35,467 nucleotides of DNA, taken from an uncultured Thermotogae bacterium (GTDB lineage Bacteria; Bipolaricaulota; Bipolaricaulia; UBA7950; UBA9294). The notes beneath the pieces were generated by a model. The model did not search any database. It worked only from the letters and a program-made list of their open reading frames with translations, and was not told the DNA's origin. Below are positions 20,535 through 27,064 of the stretch, in pieces. The translations under genes were made by a program, and so were the position numbers. The number at the start of each line of letters is the position of its first letter. Position 1 is the first letter of the stretch. Where the stretch lies: contig CAZZJU010000002.1 in NCBI GenBank assembly GCA_964654805.1, forward strand, positions 1 through 35,467, in the 5' to 3' direction.

Positions 20535-21515
20535 TCATATGCTGGGATCTTCTCCTGCCAATTTTTGCCGCAAGCGGGAGAGCATGTCAGTGACCATAGT
20601 GCTAAGATCGAATTTCGGTTCCCATCCCCATTCTTCTCGTGCGGCGGAGTCATCGATCCGCTTCGGCCAGGAATCAGCAATCTCCTGGCGGAAATCGGGA
20701 TGGAATTCATAGGTGAACTCTGGGATATGTTTTTTGATTTCGAGCGCTAATTCCTCAGCGGAGAAGCTCATGCCAGCGAGGTTGAAATCGCAGTGATGCT
20801 TGAGGCGATTAAAATCAGCCTCCATCAGTTCGATCGTGGCACGAATGCAATCCGGCATGTACATCATCGGAAGCACGGTGTCCGCGCGGACGAAGAAGTT
20901 GTAATGCTCTTCCTGTAGTGCCTTGTAGAACACTTCAACCGCATAGTCGGTCGTCCCACCGCCAGGTAGGGTCTCGCTCGAGATGATTCCGGGATATCTC
21001 ACTCCGCGAACGTCAAGGCCAAACCGGCGCACGTAGTAGTTACCGAGTAGTTCTCCTGTGACTTTAGTCAGGCCGTACATCGTAGTCGGCCGCAAGACGG
21101 TCTCCTGAGGCGCAGGATCGCGCGGGGTTTCCGGCCCGAACACGGCGATCGAACTCGGAACGAAGACGCGGGTCATGTTGTTGATTCTTGCCACCTCAAG
21201 CACATTATAAAGCCCGTTTATGTTCACCTGCCAGGCAAGATCAGGTTTTTCTTCCCCCACTGCCGACAGGATCGCTGCCATGTGAAATATTGTGTCGATC
21301 TCGTATTTCTGTACCACCTCTTCGATCCTGACCCTGTCAGTAACGTCGACATGCTCGATCGGACCCGAATCACGTAGTTTAGGCGATGGTGGGGTGATGT
21401 GATCGGTAGCGATCACGTTCTCCGCTCCGTACCGCTCTCGTAGGGCTAGCGTGAGTTCCGAACCGATCTGCCCGACAGCTCCAGTGACCAGTATGTGCTT
21501 CATCCGCTTTTCCAA
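20535..21515 (-). CDS. NAD-dependent epimerase/dehydratase-fold (extended SDR) enzyme, L-threonine 3-dehydrogenase-like
   Basis: Rossmann motif TGAVGQIGS and catalytic YGLTK (YxxxK). From memory, it resembles SDR-type threonine dehydrogenases through ..RYPGIIS..GGGTTDYAVEVFY..LPMMYMPD..IPEF. TTG 21515 lies 6 nt after SD AAAGGAG (21522-21528). ATG 21503 is the alternative start. Confidence 0.7.
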   Translation of the reverse strand: MEKRMKHILVTGAVGQIGSELTLALRERYGAENVIATDHITPPSPKLRDSGPIEHVDVTDRVRIEEVVQKYEIDTIFHMAAILSAVGEEKPDLAWQVNINGLYNVLEVARINNMTRVFVPSSIAVFGPETPRDPAPQETVLRPTTMYGLTKVTGELLGNYYVRRFGLDVRGVRYPGIISSETLPGGGTTDYAVEVFYKALQEEHYNFFVRADTVLPMMYMPDCIRATIELMEADFNRLKHHCDFNLAGMSFSAEELALEIKKHIPEFTYEFHPDFRQEIADSWPKRIDDSAAREEWGWEPKFDLSTMVTDMLSRLRQKLAGEDPSI

Positions 21516-21530
21516 ATTTATCTCCTTTCT

Positions 21531-22277
21531 TTAGAGAAACTCAAATTTCCCCTTTCCGCAGCACGGGCAGGCCTCATCCCGGGGGATAATTTGGGTGGAG
21601 AACCTTTCCTGCCAAAGATCCAGTGTGATAAGTCGGGTTGGGACTTCCACTGCACCGAGGAGAATTTTGATCCCTTCTGCAGCGGCGATCGCTGCGATGG
21701 CGCGCGGGACCGCGTTCAGAAGCCCACTTGTTCCTGCGGTGAGAACTGCGCTGTCAGGTGGTGGGTTTGGGATGAGACAACGTAAACATGCCCCTTTTCC
21801 GGGAATTATTGGCATTACTTCTCCGTATGTTCCAGCTACAGCCGCGAATACCCAAGGAACGCCGTGTTTGATACACGCATCGTTTGCCACATACCGAGAC
21901 GGATAGTTATCCAATCCGTCGAGCACTATATCCGTTTTCGTCACTAACTCTTCAATATTTGCCGGTCCGATTCGCATGACACGATAGTCAATATGTATCT
22001 CGGAGTTGACTTTTCGTAAATGCTCTGCAAGAATCTCCGCCTTCGCGCGTCCTACATCCTCTTCGGTCACGACACTCTGCCGCTGCAGGTTGGATAATTC
22101 GAGCAAATCATTGTCGACCAGGGTGACTCTTCCCACTCCGGCCCTCACTAGAAGTTCGGCAACATTAGAGCCAAGCGCACCGCAACCAAGGACAAGGATA
22201 CGCGATTCACGTAATCGTACCTGGCCGGTGTGACCTATCTCAGGCAGGTCGATCTGCCGTTCGTAACGATTCTCCAT
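21531..22277 (-). CDS. MoeB/ThiF-family E1-like adenylyltransferase
   Basis: YERQIDLPEIGHTGQVRLRESRILVLGCGALGSNVAELLVRAGVGRVTLVDNDLLELSNLQRQ (nucleotide-binding fold). Two CxxC pairs (CLRC, CPCC), as in the E. coli MoeB/ThiF zinc site. 248 aa. ATG 22277 lies 7 nt after SD AAGGAG. ThiF versus MoeB cannot be resolved by eye. Confidence 0.85.
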   Translation of the reverse strand: MENRYERQIDLPEIGHTGQVRLRESRILVLGCGALGSNVAELLVRAGVGRVTLVDNDLLELSNLQRQSVVTEEDVGRAKAEILAEHLRKVNSEIHIDYRVMRIGPANIEELVTKTDIVLDGLDNYPSRYVANDACIKHGVPWVFAAVAGTYGEVMPIIPGKGACLRCLIPNPPPDSAVLTAGTSGLLNAVPRAIAAIAAAEGIKILLGAVEVPTRLITLDLWQERFSTQIIPRDEACPCCGKGKFEFL

Positions 22278-22290
22278 GGGTTCTCTCCTT

Positions 22291-25200
22291 TTAGAAGGTG
22301 GCGGTTACGGTGAGCTCAAAAAGCACGCTATTATATAGATTGCCGTCCGATTTGAGCCCGGTCAGGTAGGAGGAGGAAAGGGAAGCACTCCATGTGTCGG
22401 ATAGCGTTACGTCAGTTCCTCCGCGCAAGCTCAAGTTGAACTGGGGACGGGTAGCCCCTTCTGCGTAGCGACTGTTCAGTACTATCCTAGCAGAGACGGT
22501 CTTCGAAAGGGGATAGATGAAGGTATTTGTCAGATTGCCGGTTAAGTTCAGCTTTTCTTTCTCTTCACTTGTACGGAGGGAAAACGATAGTTCATCGCTT
22601 ATACCGCCTTGAGGTCTGTAGGATAACTTACCAATCAAGCTGCGATTAAGCCGTGGTTTTGCTACTCCGTTATAGATGACCGAGCTGAGATTTTGCGTGT
22701 ATGTAATACTGGGACGTAGATCAGTAATGCCCGAGTACGACAACCGAACCGTAAGACGATCCGAGACCTGTTCCCGCGGTTGCCATAATCCGGAAAACTC
22801 ATGGCTATAGTTAATTGTCGTTTTGAACTCGGAGTAGTCTATCGTTACAGTTCCGCCTCCACTTACCGTCCATACCCCGTTTTTGTCCTTGAAAGAAACA
22901 TTGGCGACAGGGCTCAGTTGCCAATCACCGATCTTAAGTTTTACTGGACGCAGATTGATTTTGCCAGTTTGATTACCTGTAATGGCTTCGCTTCCTAATG
23001 ATCTATTTAGTTTCATCTCGTAGTTTGCACTTACGATCCCGATGGTAAACCGGTGTGACCAATCAAGTTTGCCGGTGAAAGTTTCGCTGCCTGTACGGTT
23101 TTTTGACACATTTACTGGGCGAGTGAAATTCCCCGAGATTGTCAGGTCATGGGTTGCCCGGAGAGTAGCGGCCAAACTCAAATTCGTGTTCCGGGTGGTT
23201 TTAGACGGGGACACCGCCCAGGCAAAAGTATCGGTCCAATTGAGGTTTAAATCCAACGAGCTTAGGAATAGTTTGTCGGAGAGCCCTATTCTGTAGCTCA
23301 GTTTGCCGGAATCAAAACCGGGCGTTTCCCGATTGTCGTCAACCAACCCATGGTTAATGGCGACTGACAGTTTGGGGCCGAATATCCATGAAAGGGAGAC
23401 GGAATTATCCAACGTGGTTTTGGGATCATCAGTTGAAGAGTCGATCAAATAGTAGGAATGAGAAGCGGTTAATGACAGATCATCGGATAAGTTGGCCTTC
23501 CCATCGATTGTCCAGCCGGTCTTATCTTCTCTGCCCAAGCGGCCTATCGCGGTGAATCGAGGGGAAATGCTCTCGAATGTTCCGTCGAGTGTAACTGGGC
23601 CTAGATCTCTGGTGAAGCTTGCACGGGCGATCCCGCCACGGTCGGTGTGTAAGGCAGCCGGGATATCAGTGAATCGTCCGGGATCCCGTCCAGCGATCTT
23701 AGTTTCGCTTGAAGTATAGGATTCGTATGTTCCATCCTCTGCATGGAGTACTTCGATTTCGTAGTCCGAGTTAGCGCGTGTACCCGCCCACATTCCGCCT
23801 TCACCGTCGGGCGAAATCGCGGTTACTGCGAGGTGCGAATGAATCTCTTCCCCGGCGAGGGAGTGCAAGCCGCTTTCGTCCCCGTACCAAAGGACTCCGT
23901 TCACTGAGGCAACGGCGTAGACCGGTTTGCCGAAGACAAGCCACCCGGTTCCTATTCCATCCTTGAACGCGCGTAATCCAAGATCACTCGCGGCATAGAT
24001 AATTCCGTTTTTAATGAGCAGGGCGTTTACCTTTACCCCGTTCATCCCTGACAGCGGGGACAACGATTCGGTTGCTGGATCGAGTGAGAACAATCCTTTA
24101 TCGGTTCCGATGTAGACAATCGAATCATCTATCGCAATAGCCCGGATGGTGCCAAGATCGATGATTTTCTGATCGGTGTAAACCTGCCAACTTGTCGGAT
24201 CGTCCATCTTGTCCATCTTCACTGCCGCGATGCCTGCTTCAGTACCCATCCATAGCACACCATCTGCGATCGCTAGCGAATGTACAGCGCTGTTCGGAAG
24301 GCCAGCGTCCGTGGAGTAGCGCTCCCAATTACCCACTTGATCAAGGGGTGATTCTCCCTCCATACTGAGAACGGTGATTCCCGCAGAGGTGGCAAAGAAA
24401 ACGTGGTTGTCAACTGCCTTTATGTCGTAGACCCGGTTGGCAGACAGTCCATCCGATGCTGTATATAAGCTCCAAGTTCCATTGTGATATACGCTCACTC
24501 CAGCGGCATGGGCGAAGAATGCATAACCGTTTGTGCAAACAATTGCATTGACCATGTTTGGCATGTTGGCCCGGGCATTGTCATCAAACGGGAAGCGGTT
24601 ATTGCTGTAACCGAGAGTAAAATCGGCTGAGAACCCATCGAGGGTTACATGGCCGATGATTCCGGATACGGTATGAGTATTCGGCATAGTGCGTACCTGA
24701 TCCGGATCAGTAAGCGGAGTAGGGCTGTCCGCTGCTTGTAGTATGCTTCCTTCCATAGTGATGGCATTGGACAGGGGGAGTTTGATGCTTGCTCCGTAAA
24801 AGTTACGTGAGTATTCAGCAGTACTGCCCAACCCCCCCCGTGCTCGTTCATAATCGATGCGGATGGTATCATTATCTTTTACTTCGACGAGTAATATTAA
24901 TAGACCGGTTTCGTAATCGATTGTGTAATCTGAGTTACGAGTGAGCAGCTTACCGTTGAGGTAGACTTTCTCACTTCCCGAGACGATGGAAAATCCGAGT
25001 GGATAGACGTTGCCTGAGACGGAATAACTAAATGATACGCGCATAGCGCTCTTCTTGCTCGAGAAGAACTCGTCCGGAAACTTAATTTCCAGGATACCTT
25101 GTTTATAGAACACGGTCTTCTGATAATCAGCGAGATCAGGGTCAGTGATCGGTCGGAAGGTAGTTCCGTTTATGCTCACCTCTACCGTTACTGAACCGGG

Positions 25201-26235
25201 CTTTATGTTCTTTTCGCCGAGAAAGTAGAACCGATGTCGTTCCCCGGAGGAGAGAGAGTATGAAGTAGTATCTACGACTAGGGACGTTTGTTCCATAAGA
25301 GAATTGAGAAAAGCTTTTTCGTAATCGGTACCGACGTTCAACGGATATCTCTTCTTATCATTTCCGGTGAGCCCGGATGACTCATTGTAAGTTTTAATGT
25401 ATGCTAAAAGGATGTTACGAATTAGAGTTTGCGGCTCCTGAAGCAGTATGAGATAGTCAGATTGATCGGAGACCACGACAAACGTGCCCTGCTTCAGCTC
25501 GTTAGTCGGTGAAGCGGAGATAGTTTCGTAAAGGTAACCTAATCCGTAATTCGAAAGAAGGTTACGCAATGTGTTAGAAGCGTCAAAACGGAGATCTACT
25601 TCCGAAAAACCCTCGATGTAAGGGGCACTCAGGCGATAGTGATAGAGTCCGTTGAGGTTCTTTGTGTAAGGTTGAGTTGCCCATGGTCGATCCTGCGGTG
25701 CAAAAGAGAACAGTATCTCGCCTTGCGCATTATGGCCGATGAACGTTTTGGATTCGGAAATCCCTTCGATGCGGGAAATGATGCCGGTGATGACCCCCCC
25801 ATCGGGCAGGTTGTAGTCGAGACGTGCTCCCTTAAGTTTCTTGTTGTATACGGCAAACGCTTCCTTCCCTGAAAGGGAGAAATCCCCAAATACGCCGTTT
25901 AAATCACCTGAATGCAGATACAGAGTAAGAGTCTGCATGCTCGGCGGTTCCTGGTCGTTGAAGTGCGCCTTAAGGGTGAGGATGGACAATGCTTCAGCAG
26001 TTATGTCTACAGCGAGAGTCTGATCGAGATCAAGCTGGTAAGGAGCCTGCCCAAGCCCCTGTGGATCACCGATCCCGTAGCGGAGAGTGAACGTTTTATG
26101 CCCGGAGATATTGGCGCTAAAGTTATTATTGTCCTGTCCGAATCCCACAACTAGCACAACCCCCAGGATAAGCCCTATGATTGCCAGCACGTTTATACTC
26201 ATCCGACTAAAAACTGTAAGTGACAGAAGCCCCAT
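22291..26235 (-). CDS. Very large envelope protein: N-terminal signal/anchor, ~550-aa uncharacterised region, 7-blade Reg_prop-like beta-propeller, ~440-aa C-terminal beta-barrel-like domain
   Basis: One uninterrupted ORF. ATG 26235 lies 5 nt after SD GGAGG (26241-26245); alternatives are ATG 26202 and TTG 26277. Hydrophobic segment INVLAIIGLILGVVLVVGF. Seven repeats of the form [V/I]xxIxxDxxGxxWxGTxxGLxxx (nt ~23698-24552). The last ~440 aa alternate hydrophobic and polar residues in short strands and end ..LFELTVTATF, the aromatic C-terminus typical of OMPs. Confidence 0.75.
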   Translation of the reverse strand: MGLLSLTVFSRMSINVLAIIGLILGVVLVVGFGQDNNNFSANISGHKTFTLRYGIGDPQGLGQAPYQLDLDQTLAVDITAEALSILTLKAHFNDQEPPSMQTLTLYLHSGDLNGVFGDFSLSGKEAFAVYNKKLKGARLDYNLPDGGVITGIISRIEGISESKTFIGHNAQGEILFSFAPQDRPWATQPYTKNLNGLYHYRLSAPYIEGFSEVDLRFDASNTLRNLLSNYGLGYLYETISASPTNELKQGTFVVVSDQSDYLILLQEPQTLIRNILLAYIKTYNESSGLTGNDKKRYPLNVGTDYEKAFLNSLMEQTSLVVDTTSYSLSSGERHRFYFLGEKNIKPGSVTVEVSINGTTFRPITDPDLADYQKTVFYKQGILEIKFPDEFFSSKKSAMRVSFSYSVSGNVYPLGFSIVSGSEKVYLNGKLLTRNSDYTIDYETGLLILLVEVKDNDTIRIDYERARGGLGSTAEYSRNFYGASIKLPLSNAITMEGSILQAADSPTPLTDPDQVRTMPNTHTVSGIIGHVTLDGFSADFTLGYSNNRFPFDDNARANMPNMVNAIVCTNGYAFFAHAAGVSVYHNGTWSLYTASDGLSANRVYDIKAVDNHVFFATSAGITVLSMEGESPLDQVGNWERYSTDAGLPNSAVHSLAIADGVLWMGTEAGIAAVKMDKMDDPTSWQVYTDQKIIDLGTIRAIAIDDSIVYIGTDKGLFSLDPATESLSPLSGMNGVKVNALLIKNGIIYAASDLGLRAFKDGIGTGWLVFGKPVYAVASVNGVLWYGDESGLHSLAGEEIHSHLAVTAISPDGEGGMWAGTRANSDYEIEVLHAEDGTYESYTSSETKIAGRDPGRFTDIPAALHTDRGGIARASFTRDLGPVTLDGTFESISPRFTAIGRLGREDKTGWTIDGKANLSDDLSLTASHSYYLIDSSTDDPKTTLDNSVSLSWIFGPKLSVAINHGLVDDNRETPGFDSGKLSYRIGLSDKLFLSSLDLNLNWTDTFAWAVSPSKTTRNTNLSLAATLRATHDLTISGNFTRPVNVSKNRTGSETFTGKLDWSHRFTIGIVSANYEMKLNRSLGSEAITGNQTGKINLRPVKLKIGDWQLSPVANVSFKDKNGVWTVSGGGTVTIDYSEFKTTINYSHEFSGLWQPREQVSDRLTVRLSYSGITDLRPSITYTQNLSSVIYNGVAKPRLNRSLIGKLSYRPQGGISDELSFSLRTSEEKEKLNLTGNLTNTFIYPLSKTVSARIVLNSRYAEGATRPQFNLSLRGGTDVTLSDTWSASLSSSYLTGLKSDGNLYNSVLFELTVTATF

Positions 26236-27064
26236 AACTTCCTCCAAGTTCACCGCTCTCGCGGTAGGAGATATCAATACGCATTGCTGAAAACCGTACA
26301 GATAATCCCATGCTCGGTCCGCTTGAATTCAATCCTGCTCTTACTCCGAGTCTCCCCACCCAGCCCTCGATCCCAGCGGAGAACTCAAGGTCAGGTGAAA
26401 AGAGGCCGTTGGCCACAACGGAGAGAGTCCACTCCACTTCATCCGAAGGGTGTAATCGAAGCGCTGCTCCGATATCGAACCCCATTATCCACTCCCCGCT
26501 TACTCCTGTGGAATATTCCACAGCTTGGGAAACAATATTCTCCAGCATCAGCCCGATCCGTAAATTGTCGGTTGCAATGAGTACAGCTGGATCGAACGCC
26601 CACCCAAAGGCGGTGTAAGGGCTTTCAACTTGGTACAACTTAACGCGTATTCCAAAACCCACAGGCCCGATTGCGAAACCGGTGCCAGCGACTCCGCACT
26701 GGCTGACGTAAGAAAAGCCGCCAGAGTCAGTCTGGATCCAGCCAGATTCCAAGCGCATCAGTTCTGCGCCCAGATAGGGGAGGCTGATTCCAACAGTACC
26801 GTAGGACAGAACTCCGTAAGCTTGGGAGAAGTAAGAACTGACCGAAATCCGCTTTTCCCAGCCTAATCCAGCTGGATTGTAGAAAGCCGCGCTTTCGTCG
26901 TCCGCTAGCGGTAGGAATGCTCCTCCAAGGCCTGCGGCACGTGCACCAGTTCCGAGATGGAGAATCGCGGCTTGGTTGGAGTATTGAGAGGCGACGGAGG
27001 AGAATCCGATACTGAACACCAAGAAAACGAGGCCTGTTACTATCTGCGTGGTTATTCTACTCAT
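26207..27064 (-). CDS. Small outer-membrane beta-barrel protein with FadL/PorV-type N-terminal hatch motif
   Basis: Signal peptide MSRITTQIVTGLVFLVFSIGFSSVAS. Then LGTGARAAGLGGAFLPLADDESAAFYNPAGLG; compare the mature N-terminus of E. coli FadL, ..[27 protein letters not shown] (from memory). Gly/aromatic-rich alternating strands. Ends ..GASVTYSF. The ATG shares ATGA with the protease stop. Confidence 0.7.
   Translation of the reverse strand: MSRITTQIVTGLVFLVFSIGFSSVASQYSNQAAILHLGTGARAAGLGGAFLPLADDESAAFYNPAGLGWEKRISVSSYFSQAYGVLSYGTVGISLPYLGAELMRLESGWIQTDSGGFSYVSQCGVAGTGFAIGPVGFGIRVKLYQVESPYTAFGWAFDPAVLIATDNLRIGLMLENIVSQAVEYSTGVSGEWIMGFDIGAALRLHPSDEVEWTLSVVANGLFSPDLEFSAGIEGWVGRLGVRAGLNSSGPSMGLSVRFSAMRIDISYRESGELGGSYGASVTYSF

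Noticed and set aside
22291-26235. Calling the giant protein a SprA/Sov homologue
   Set aside because: The idea comes only from size, barrel-like C-terminus and neighbourhood. The protein is about half the length of SprA, and I cannot verify any sequence similarity by eye. It is therefore reported as a hypothesis, not an annotation.
26236-26277. TTG 26277 as the start of the giant ORF (71-nt overlap with the barrel gene)
   Set aside because: It is a weak start codon without an SD. ATG 26235 has GGAGG at 5-nt spacing. ATG 26202 (no SD, 4 nt after the barrel stop) remains a possible alternative.
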